64,000 bases of DNA from contig OZ287071.1 of assembly GCA_965645245.1 (NCBI GenBank), positions 1,674,001 through 1,738,000 of the forward strand, given 5' to 3'. A program made the position numbers and the translations under genes. The notes under the pieces are model-generated. The model had not been told where the DNA came from. It saw only the letters and a list, made by a program, of their open reading frames with translations, and did no database searches. The DNA comes from Massalongia carnosa. Its lineage: Eukaryota. Positions 50,357-61,700 of this stretch are shown here, in pieces. Within the stretch, counting starts at the first letter, position 1, and the number at the start of each line of letters is the position of its first letter.

Positions 50357-51530
50357 ATGGAGGAGGCGAACGTTCCCCATTTCCCCGATTCTTGGACTTC
50401 TCTGCTTGCAAGCAATGCCTTCCCTGATCATAATATTGCTCTGGGACACTCGTGGGGTAGTACGGTTCCGTCAAGCTCACAATACGCACATCTAGGAGAT
50501 TCCATTCACTCCTCCGCACCTCCGCAGCCTTATAGGCAGAACTCTACACCATATCTACCTCTAGTTAATCCCATCCCACCTTCCACTTCACTCAACCCCA
50601 GTTATATTCTTCCGTCACAACACTTACAACGAGGCTCTTCGCATCTTGACCTTCCCAATTTCCCACTTCCACGGCCTTTTTTTTCAGACCTCCCAATTCC
50701 CGAACGTCAAGAAGGAAACCGATATACCCAATTCAGCTCAGACTTTTTGGGATCGCCATCTCAACTGGTAGGTTTTGATGCTCTCACGTCGAGCGCTCTC
50801 AATCCTATCTCCCGCCCAGTATCTAGACTTTCCTGGGATTCAGAAAGAAGCGCAGGTAACGACTTTCTACCTTGGCCTGCATCGCAGTTACAACAAGGCT
50901 TCATAGACCTCACTGCCGACTCGTCGCCACCCAGGATGCCCGTTACCACCCGCAAGCGTTCTGTACCTGCAACACGTACTCTTCTACGACATTCGACGAC
51001 ACCTTCTTCCTCAACTAAACGGAGAAAGACGGAAGCATCATCTACGGTGCAGGAACTGAAGGTGGAAGAGGCGGATTTGAGAGATATTGATGAGGATTGC
51101 GGACTTTCTAGAGTTCTTGAGCAGCAGCGTTTGATGTCCATCAAGGCGCAGCAGGACCTGGCAGATAAGCCCATCAACTTTTCTAGCTTGCAATGTATCA
51201 TTTGCATGGAATCTATGACAGATATTTCCGTAACGCATTGTGGTGAGTGGTAATCCGCCGGCCAGTCGGATGCAGACTATCACGCTGTTAACATCCACCT
51301 CCTTCTTAGGCCACATATTTTGTCACGCATGTCTTATGGAAGCTCTCATTGCAGGGGAACAGCAAGGTACCGATCCTGGAAAGGGAATCTCCAAATGCCC
51401 CGTCTGCCGAAAGAAAGTAATAAGGCCGAAAGACAACAAACCGAGCACCCAGGTCATACCATTGGAGATTAAGCTCATGACCAAGGGTGGTTTGGGGAAA
51501 CGGAAAGACACTGGGGGCAAGGTGGCATAG
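50357..51530 (+). CDS. C3HC4 RING protein with SUMO-interacting motif (Slx8/Rfp-like STUbL subunit)
   Basis: SIM-like FIDLT; RING CIIC..THCG|HIFCHAC..CPVCRK split by an intron at about 51243-51309. Start codon uncertain. Confidence 0.8.
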
Positions 51531-52034
51531 ATTTGCTTTGCGTACAACCGAAGGCTATTGGGCTTTTCATCACTCTGCCGGCGCTCATACGGCGGGGGGT
51601 TTTCTTACAGCATAGCGAGGGCGGAAGATACCCAGGGACTATATGCTCACCATGCCTTCTCTAATGGCTTCTTTGAATGGCCTTGCATTGATCGATGTTC
51701 AAATTCACGCAGGGCTCTTGCATTGGCAAACTATTGGAAGCGCTGCCCTTCTCACTTGGTGACGGGACTTCTGGCTTTTCGACTATCTCTACTAATCAGA
51801 ATAGTGTAGTTCATATTTGTCTTGACTTCTCTGATGAATAGGGGTCAAGTTAGCAAACAAATGATGTGAATCTGCATACCACCAAAACAACAATGTAGTT
51901 GCTGTGGTGTCATTTCCCCTATGCTTCACGGGTTCGTACCCGTATTCGTTTAAACCGCATTTGGTCGTAGCCCTAATTAATCGATAGCGATTAACCCAAT
52001 CACAATGGAAACGATCGTTCCAATCCTTGGCAGG

Positions 52035-52278
52035 CACGCAGGTGACAAAATTAAATTTAAACCAAAATTTCCCCCCCACCAAAATCATTGTGATTTAATG
52101 TCTAAAAGTTTGCAAGCAGTGATTGATGATGAAGGCAGAATGGCAGATTATTGATTTAATTGTTGAAGTTCAAAGAACCATGAAATTAACAAAAAAAACG
52201 CTACGGTTTATGATAGAAAATCCGGTGATTTTGATGAGGAAAAAGTTTCGGTGTAAATTTAGTTTTGTCACTCGCGTG
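52035..52278. mobile_element. 244-bp non-autonomous TIR element (MITE) with CAC...GTG termini and a 5-bp TSD
   Basis: 53-bp ungapped inverted repeats (42/53 identical); direct repeat GCAGG at 52030-52034 and 52279-52283; AT-rich non-coding interior. Confidence 0.82.
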
Positions 52279-52526
52279 GCAGGATAATAACTAGGGTTTT
52301 TAGGTGCGCAAATTGCGACGTTCCCTTCTACCCTGTATCTGAACTCCTCTCTACGTCATAAAGACATAGTTATTCTCGACTGTACACTATAGATCTTCAA
52401 CTTTCGTAGCGTGCTTTCGCTTCATAGCCACTACACTTGGATTTATTAGCTTCTTTTAGAATGACAGATTGGCTTCTTCAATCCTTTCACGCTCCTTTTT
52501 GACATGTTCAGGATCAAGAACTGGGA

Positions 52527-54085
52527 ATGGCTTTAACCCCCACCCGCAAGATAGTTGTCTTCTCAGGGGGTAGCGCTGCGAACAGCCTCGTCGATGTTTT
52601 TAACGAGGTCATCGAGAACAACTCGTGTTCGTTGAGCTATGTGCTTCCTACCAGCGATAATGGAGGCTCGTCGAGCGAGCTTATTCGCGTGTTTGGTGGT
52701 CCTGGAATTGGGGATATCAGAAGTAAAGTCATTCCACAACAAGTGGGATTTTTCATAAGCTGCTTTTTTGTCTTAGGCTACTTTCAATGCCTTGGTTTCT
52801 CCTATACTTCTCTTTTTTATTTTGACAAGAGTCAATGACTGGCCGCTTCTTGTTATGACCTGTCTACCGGTTTCTTGACTGCCCTGACTTCCGACTAGGC
52901 CGCCTTGTTCGTCTTATACCTCAGTCGAACAAGCCCATTCTCGAGTTTTTCAACCACCGTCTTCCTACCTCTCCTATAACCGCCTCCTCGGAGTTTCTGA
53001 CCCTCCTGACCGGGACATCTCCCCTCTACCGCTCAATTCCTACTCCACAAGCCCTCCTCATTCGCTCTATCCTCGCCCATCTTCATCTTGAGATTCTCAA
53101 ACGTGCCCGTCCGCCTTCGTCAACCTTCAACTTCCAATCAGCATCGATCGGCAATCTCTTTCTGACTGGTGTACGCCTTTTCTCTGGCTCGTTCGAAGCT
53201 GCCATTTACCTCTTCGCCCTCATCGGACGAGTTGATGAGTCTCGCACTGCCGTCATCCCTGCTGTCGTCAGTAATTTCACCCACCATATCTCTGCCGGCT
53301 TAGCAGATGGCACAACCATTACCGGCCAAAATGCTATAAGTCACCCCAGCGCCCCCACAGCTCTGCAGTCTTCCACCACGGATCATCCTCACCCACCCCC
53401 CTTGCAAGCCCCTAATGGGCCAGATACTGGCCTCGAAGATGCCCATCTCCCTGGCTCTCTCCCTAACCTACGTCTCCCGAACATCTCTTTCTCCAAGACC
53501 ATCGACGAGCCCCTTCCTAGCCGCATCTCTCGGATCTGGTATATCAACCCGTACGGGCAAGAAATGACGCCCGTCCCAAATTCCAAAGTTCTTTCGGCCA
53601 TCCAGGAGGCTGAAGCCGTCATCTACAGCATCGGCAGCCTCTACACCTCCCTCGCGCCCTCTTTAATCCTACGCGGCGTCGGCGAAGCCATTGTCCAGGG
53701 CCCGCGATTTAAGATCTTAATTCTAAACGGCAGTTTAGACCGTGAAACAGGTGGATTCACTGCGAGAGACTTCGTGGAGGCGATTGCGCGGGCGGGCGAG
53801 GAGAGCAGAGGGATGATGGGTGAGGTGCAACCACAAGTCTGGAAGAGGTATGTCACGCATTTGGTTCATCTTGAAGGGGAGGGCACGCCGGCGGTAGGCC
53901 GCGAGGAGCTGAATACATGGGGGGTGGAGTGCGTGAGGCTGTACGGAAGGAAAATGGAGGATGGATTGGTGACCGGGGCTGGGATGCAGTACGATGGGAA
54001 AGCGCTAACGCAAGCTTTGGGGGCGATTCTGGGGAAGAGAGATCCAAAGAATAGCCGCAATCGGAGAAACACTTTTGAGAAGTAA
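52527..54085 (+). CDS. CofD/YvcK (UPF0052) family protein, yeast YNL011C-like (2 exons)
   Basis: IVVFSGGSAANSL, SDNGGSSSE, GDIRSRL (spliced), SIGNLFL, IYSIGSLYTSL, LNGSLDRET. Confidence 0.9.
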
Positions 54086-54263
54086 AGAAGATCCGCCGAG
54101 TCAATCACGATTTCACGTGCTTGGTGAGCGTTAATAGCTCCCAGGATTTGTATCAGTACCTCACGTGCGTGGCTCTACGAGCATTCTAAGCCCATTCAGG
54201 TTAGCCCATGTAGCTAAGCTCCTTTAGGGATTAGCGTCCTAGTTGACATTAGGCTAGCGCTAA

Positions 54264-56142
54264 CAGAGAAAACCTCGGCATAACGAAATTATTTTTCGGA
54301 TTTTTTGTAGTTATATGGTTAAAACCTCGTTAACGAAAAACCCCTCCATTACGATATAACGAAATATATTTTCATATTTTTGGTGACGTTCGTTATAGCG
54401 AGGTGGTAAAACTATCATATATTTGCTACGATTCTGCTGTAAATATGTCTCGAGAATGGCCTGCCTCCATGTCTTTGTCAACCTTCCCCCCTCGAAAAAA
54501 CCCGTCATGGAATCACGAATATTCAGCGAAAAGCTCTTCGAGACTGGTACAATGAAACTTGAGACGGTTGATTGTTCTATAGAGGGAGAAGAGCGGCTAA
54601 TATACATTCAGCTGACTAAGCATAGAAACTTCCAGAACTAGGGCAGTGCAATTCAACAGATGATTCAAAGGATAAAGTGACTCAGAACGACTGTCGCATG
54701 TGGTGGAAAGAGAGTATAATTATGTGCCTGGGAGTGCATCTATCAGCGAGATTCTTAGTTCCAAATATGCTTACTTGGATGATAAAGAGGAGGCGAGTTC
54801 AATCAAACGGGAGGTTATTCCCAAATAACCTGTGTTAAAAGATGCTTTGTTCGAATGGGAGCAGTGATATGAACAGGCCAGTCTCACTGCTAATGCTGAC
54901 GTGCTACGGATCAAGGCCACCGAGTTGTGGAACAAACTGCCTCAGTATGAAGGTATTCCCACTCCGAAATGGAGCAATTGCTGGCTGGATCGGTTTAAAA
55001 GACGACGAGGACTCAAACAACGCATTCATCATGGCGAGGCTGGTTCAGCTGACCAAAGCGAAAATGTACAGCAGATAATGACTGATCTTCGTAAATTAGT
55101 ATCTGAATATGCTGCCAAAGACGTTTATAACATGGATGAAACAGGGCTTTTTTGGAAAATGGCACCCGATCGATCTCTTGGTACTGAGAGGCACGCCGGT
55201 CAGAAGCAGGATAAGGTGTGTTTTTCACAGTAAGCTGCTTCAATTTGGCAGAGTTCTAATTATAACAGGCTAGAATCACTGCCTGTCTCACATGTAATAC
55301 TGATGGGTCGGATAAACCTGATATCTAGTTTATTGGTAAGGCCAAAAGGCCAAATTGTTTTCGGGATGCCAAAATTCATGGACTGGAGAATGTGGGTGCT
55401 GTTTGGAGGTATAATCCCAAGGCCTGGAATAACAACATCATCATGAGAGAATATTTGCATTGGTTAAATGGCCATATAAATGGACGATCGATTTCAGCAT
55501 GGGAAAACGACGTCAAACCTTCCACCATACAGAACTGCTGGGGGCGATCAGGAGTCATTCATTGGGGTTTAGCACCCTTCAATCAACCAAGAACCTCGAG
55601 ATGGGTCGAGTCCTTGACTGTTTTGCAAGAGATTACACAGGACATACGTCAGATGCAGGTCATGGGTAGAATAGAAGAGGCGATGAACATTCATCAATTT
55701 ATAAACCCGCCTGAGGAGGCTATAGGGGACACAAATGAAGATATTGTGAATGATATCGTTTCACGATATGCGGAGCAGGAAAGGCTCGCTGAGACGGATG
55801 AAGAGGTGGAAGTTACACCTGTTATAACGGTCTGTCAAGCACAGGAGGCTTGTAGGATCCTGAGACTGCATGAAGAACAGCAGTTGAAGGGCGATATGGG
55901 TATACTTCGTCAATTACGAAGGCATGAACGGGGGCTGTTTGAAAGACGGCAAAACAGTCAAAAACAATCTACTTTAAGCACTTGGGTAGTTGCTGGGGAC
56001 AAGGGGGGGAATTGGGAGTTTATAGGGGGGCAAAGTAGTAAATTTACCATGATTTTCTCCATCTCCCCCGATATAACGAAAAACCCGCTATAACGAAATT
56101 ATTTTGGTAAAACGCCACCATCGTTATGGCGGGGTTCGACTG
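54264..56142 (+). mobile_element. Degenerate pogo/Tigger-like (CENP-B HTH + DDE_1) transposon relic
   Basis: Diverged ~22-bp TIRs (CAGAGAAAACCTCGGCATAACGA vs CAGTCGAACCCCGCCATAACGA), TA after the right end, repeated ATAACGAA subterminal motifs. Remnant peptides DALFEW, WLDRFKRR, YNMDETGLFWKM and TIQNCW. Confidence 0.85.
54700..56093 (+). pseudogene. Transposase pseudogene with intron 55216-55268, premature stops and an internal deletion
   Basis: KQDK|ARITACLTCNTDGSDK is restored by splicing. In-frame TAA/TGA/TAG stops. The D2-D3 region is missing between NGHINGR and SISAWE. The 5' boundary is approximate. Confidence 0.8.
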
Positions 56143-56428
56143 TAAGTCAACTCAGTGTACGAAGTACTGTACTGCGTAGTCAGCCTGTTAACCCAAAGGG
56201 GCTTAACAATGTGTAAAGCTAACCTGAGGAGGCTTAGCCGAGCACGTCTAAAGGCCTTGAGGCAGTAACATTAGTCGGATTGACACGTGATATTTGATGA
56301 ACCTATATATATCTTCGAGTGAGCAGTTGGCTGTGTTGAATCTTCAGTATGTATGCGTTGTTTTCTTTATTCTGTAGTATACAGCCGAACGATATTTTCT
56401 TGTCACTGTTCTGTTATCGCTCAAGGAA

Positions 56429-58304
56429 ATGATTTCGCATCTTGACCTTCTAGTGTACCTGGCAATATGTCTTTTCCTGCCAGTAGTAGCGCACCTAGAG
56501 GATGATTTCCAAAAGCAATGTCTATCTTTTACGCCAGAATCGCAGATTTTCAACAGTACTCGTCAAGTTCTCCAGTATGTTCCAGCCGGTACTAACCTCA
56601 GCTTCCCTGACAATGACCCAACCTGTTCACGGCTGAGCCAAGTTGTCTCCGTAGCTCTCTGTCGAGTAGCGCTGTTAATTCCCACCTCAAGCCGATCAAA
56701 CACTGTATTCGAAATCTGGTTGCCGGCTCACTGGAGCGGTCGTTTGCTCGGGACCGGCAATGGAGGCATAGACGGATGTCCGTGTTACCTCCACATTACT
56801 TGAAATAGCAATGATGACTGCTTGAGGATCAGCGTTGACGATATATCGCAGGTATAAAATATGAGGATCTAGCGTACACGGCTTCGCATGGATTCGCTTC
56901 ATTTGGGTCCAATAATGGCCATAATGGCACCAGCGGCGTGGCTTTCTATCGGAATCCTGAAGTTGTTACCGATTTTGCTTGGAGGTCGTGCGTTATCCCG
57001 TTTTTCTTTTCTGGTTTCAAACTCCTCCTTGGGTAGAGAACACAGCCAGAATGCTTACGTTGTCTATAACCAAAGTCTCCACTCGAGTGTTCTGGCTGCG
57101 AAGGAGCTCGTCAGGCTCTTCTACGGGAAGGCTCATAAGAAATCCTACTTTTTAGGCTGCTCCCTTGGCGGGCGTCAGGGTATCAAAGCTGCAGAGATGT
57201 TTCCAAACGAATTCGACGGCATACTATCAGGCTCTCCAGCTCTTGACTATAACAATCTGGTATCCTGGAGAGCCAGCTTCTTTCCCATTACAGGCTCGGT
57301 CAACTTATCTGATTTCATTACACCAGCGGCCTGGAAGACATTGATACATAAGGAGATCCTGAATCAATGCGATGGTCTTGATGGCGTTATTGACGGTGTC
57401 ATCGAGGATCCTAACTTGTGTTACTTCCTTCCAGAAATCTTAAGTTGTGCTTTTGCCGTCTCTAGAGATTGTTTGACAGATGTCCAAATTAAAATTCTCC
57501 GAAAGGTCTTCAGCCCTCTATATGGAGAAGACGGTAAAATAATATATCCTGCGATGCAGCCTGGTAGTGAAATTTTAGCCGTTGAGAAGTTATATGCAGG
57601 GAAGCCATTCAGTTACTCAGAGGTAATGAACATCTTGAGTCTCAATCCATTTGTTGCTGACATCTAGGTTACCAGGACTGGTTCAGATACGTTGTTTATG
57701 ACAACCCAGCCTGGAACGCCACTACCTTTACCGTTCACGACGCTACCGTCGCCGATGCGCTCAATCCCTCCAACATCAGGACATGGCCGGATAATCTTTC
57801 CAAATTCCGCAACGCAGGCGGAAAGATCATCACCTTCCACGGCGGCCAAGACAACCAAATCACCAGTTTCAACACGGAGCGATTCTACCACCGTCTTATG
57901 TCCGGTATGCAGGCCCAACCACGCAAGCTCGATGATTTCTTCCGCTTCTTCCGCATCTCCGGCATGTTTCACTGCAACTCCGGTCCAGGGGCCTGGGTGA
58001 TCGGCCAAGGCGGTGGAGCCGCAGCTGCCGGAATCCCATTCAGAAGCACGAACAATGTGCTCGCGGCCCTGGTGGCATGGGTGGAGTACGAAATTGCGCC
58101 GGACACCATCGAGGGTACGAAGTTCCTCAACGATACCGTGGCGCTGGGGGTGGCGTTTCGGCGCCGGCATTGCAGGTAAAGGGATGGCGTTTTTGATGCA
58201 TACCGGGATACCCACGCTGACTGTTTTTGAGGTATCCGTTGCGGAATACGTTTTTGGGAGGCAACCCTACGTTGCCGGAACATTGGAAATGTATGGACTC
58301 ATAA
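56429..58304 (+). CDS. Tannase/feruloyl esterase family secreted hydrolase, multi-exon
   Basis: Signal peptide, EIWLP..WSGRLLGTGNGG, nucleophile motif GCSLGGRQG, HGGQD, GMFHC, AWVE..APD, HCR|YPLRN. Confidence 0.93.
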
Positions 58305-58735
58305 AGAATAGGAGTAGCATGGGGCTGTTGTTGTGCCTTAAGGTAAGTTCGTGGTGAAGACTTCAGATGTTAATTGACTCCCTCGACCGAAACCGTGGGG
58401 TGGGGTACTTATGTGATGGTGCTGAAGCGATATGGGTTGAACAGAATTTTTAGAATTCTTTTGGAGGGGAAGGTGAAGGGAAGGATAAGGGTGGATGGAA
58501 AGAACGGTAAGGAAGAGACGGATAGATATTACCTAAAGCTGAACGAAGCCGTTACGGAATCAAAAACGCGCGAGATCTTTGCAAGTGAGCTATGCATAAT
58601 GAACATTGCAGTGTTTTTCTTCCTCGACGAAACATGTACAACTACCGCCCCCCTGACGCTGCATATGAAACATTCGAACTTTTTAGACATGAGATTTCTA
58701 CCCACCCTTGAAGCCAACCCCCGCTCACCTCGGAA

Positions 58736-61700
58736 TCAAGCATAAGCCGCCCACCCACAAAACAGCACCGCTAGGTTCCGCTCATCCATCGCCTGCTGAA
58801 TAAGCTCGTTCACCGTAGCCGTGACGCTGAGGCTCTTGGACAACTTCTTGGCCACAACGGTCAGAGCGCGATCTGCCTCGCCCGGCTCGTCCTTGCGCTG
58901 GCGCTCCCCCGCGGCGGCGGAGTCTTCACCGCCGGCCCCCCCGCCCCCCAGCACGGCCTCGGTCTGGGCGTCCTGCATCTTCTTCAGGCGCAAAGGCGAC
59001 AGCGACCAGCTGTAGAGCGGATCGTAGCGCAGCACGTCGAGGATGGTCATGATGCTGTAGGACTCGGCGCGTAGGGCGGCGAGGGTGAACTCGCAACAGC
59101 GGCGGAACACGCCCTCGGTGCCGGTGATGCCCATGCCATCGACCAAGTCGCGCGTGAGCCGGAACGGTACCACCTCCGGTACGGGTAGTACGCGGCCCTG
59201 CTCGAACGCGATGCCCAGGTCGATGTGCACCACTTCGCCGGTGCGCTCGTCCAGCAGGATATTGTGCCCGTGGCGATCGCCCAGGCCGAGCACGTGACCG
59301 AGGATGGAGATGGCCGCTGTGCTGCGCGTGTAGGCGAGCCGCCGCTCGAACCAGTCGTCCGGGTGCTCGAAGCGCTCCATGAAGAAGTAGCGGAGAACGG
59401 GGTGGAAGTGGTCCGTCACTTGGCGGAAGGTCTTGATGCGCTGGTCCACCGACTTAGTTTGCACGTCGGCGATGAGTTTGCGGCACACGGTGGGCTTGAG
59501 GTCTTTGGGAAAATGCCGCTGGTGTGCGGGCATGAGGTAGTCGTGTAGGGGAATCGTGTTGGGCACAAACTCGATGATGCCCGATGTGGCTGTGAGTGGC
59601 AATACTTTGTAGGTTCGGATCCCAAGGTTTCTCTGCCGTGTGGCTTGCTGGGTCTTCAGCAGGTTGCTGACTTGCTCAAAAACCTGCTCCATGATGGAAT
59701 CTTGCCGTAGATCATCGTTTCCTCCTTTGAACTGCGGGCCGTTAGCGTACAGTTGATAGCAAAAACTATCTTAGCTTACCAACTGTTTATACCGAAGACC
59801 ATCGCTCCCAATTGCGGTAACGATTTTTGGCATGCTAATACCAGAGGCTACGGCGAACTCAGGGTGGAATTTGGCGATGATGGGAACATTGCTGTAATCA
59901 CAACTTGGGCGGAGAGCTATCTTCATCGTAGGAGGAGGAACCTTTTGATTGAGGATATCTTGCTCGAGTCGCTGCCCAGTTGTGGATTTTCGTAACAGAA
60001 TCTTGGTTCCTGGCTTGATCTTCGCATCGTCTATTCTCTCTGCGGCAAATCTAACGAAGCTGATGTTAGTATTGTGCAAGGCAACCCAAATCGGATGAGC
60101 ACGCTTATGAGCTTTTAGCTGAGTCACAATCTTGTTGGCGGCCGAATGTCGTGCGAGCGCTGTTTCGTCCTTGCCGCCTTTCGTCTTGCTTCCTGCAAAG
60201 ATTTGATACATTCCATGATATGGGTGTTCGATGCAGATCCTTAGAACAAGCGAAGAAAGCAAGTCCTGAAAGGGACTTGGCACATCTAGCAGCCGGGAGG
60301 ACCACTGGTTCATCAGCTGCGCGAACTTCATACTGCCAACCTGGGCCACGTGTTTGGATACTGCGTTATTGGCTATATCACTTTCCCAATTTTCAAGCCA
60401 AAGAGCAGAGAATCTTAAGGCATCATTATCGTACTTGTCGCAAGCTTTAAGACAGAGCAGATAGTTCTCCAAACTCTGGCGTAGAAATGCTTGTCGACTA
60501 TCTCTAAGGCGCTGGAACTCTCGATCGTCCAGATCAAACCATTGTTTGGCTTTGGCACGGTGGCTTTTGAGATTATCTTTTTCTTTTGTCTGCGAGCCGG
60601 ACGACTTGATCATTCTCTCAAGATCACGAACCTCTGCTTCCTTCCGTTCTCGAAGCTTCCGAATTCGTTGGAAATCTTCCAAGCCGTCCGCATTTTGAAG
60701 CTGTTGATCACAGAATGATGCAAATTCATGAAAGACTTGTCCTGCTTCGTCACCCTGGCATACACCATGCAGGTCTTTGATTCCAGGAGTGAGGTAACGG
60801 CTGATAATTTCGTCGGGCTTTTCAAGCCTCGCCTCTGATATTTGATGGCCCTAGAATGGTGCGTAAGCCGAAGCGGCAGGGAGCATGGAGGATTCCACAT
60901 ACCAGCTTAGCAAGGAGCTCAGACTTTCCGACATGAATCAATTGGGATTTGGAATCAAACTTCTGTAGTAGATCCTGGAGCATCCTAATGGAAGCAGTCA
61001 TCTCACCATGGTCCCATAACACATTTGCACTTTCTAGTTGCACAGCGGCTGTGATGTTGATACCAGCATCCTCGCAAGAATCAACCAGCTGGGTAAGATA
61101 GGTTGCGGTCGCCAGAGCATTCTGGAGAGCCCCATGAAGTCGACTCATTTTTGAGGATGCTACGAGCGCGTTACTTTCGAATGTAAGAGAATCGCGTCGA
61201 GAGGTCTTCACGAAGTCCTGAAGTGTCTTCCTCTTGCTCAAGGAGCTGAAAAGAGTCTCACGACAGGAGATTATGCTGCTTATATTTTTGAAACTATTCT
61301 TGGTCAATACCATTGATTGTCGAACGATAGATGGGAATTGCAAATCACCTTGCAGAGCTCATCCAATTCTCGCGAGATACAAATCGGGACCACACTTCTC
61401 GTAACTGTCCTATGTCCTTAGATGAAAGGACTTCTTCGATTTCGGTAAGAATGCTAAGAGTGCTAAAAGCTGTCTGCAATGATGAATCGGCAGTACTTCC
61501 GATCATTAACATCTTCATAGACTCTTGGATTCCACAGTCAATTGCGCTGCTTAGAGCTTCAAAATCAGCTGCACTGTTCATGGTCTGAAACACTCGAAAG
61601 ATGCTACCAGTACAACTAGTGTGTGAGACAGGAGCTGATACATCCCATTGTTCAAGCTTTCGGGCGGTTCGCAACATGGACTCGACAGAGTCTGGCCCAG

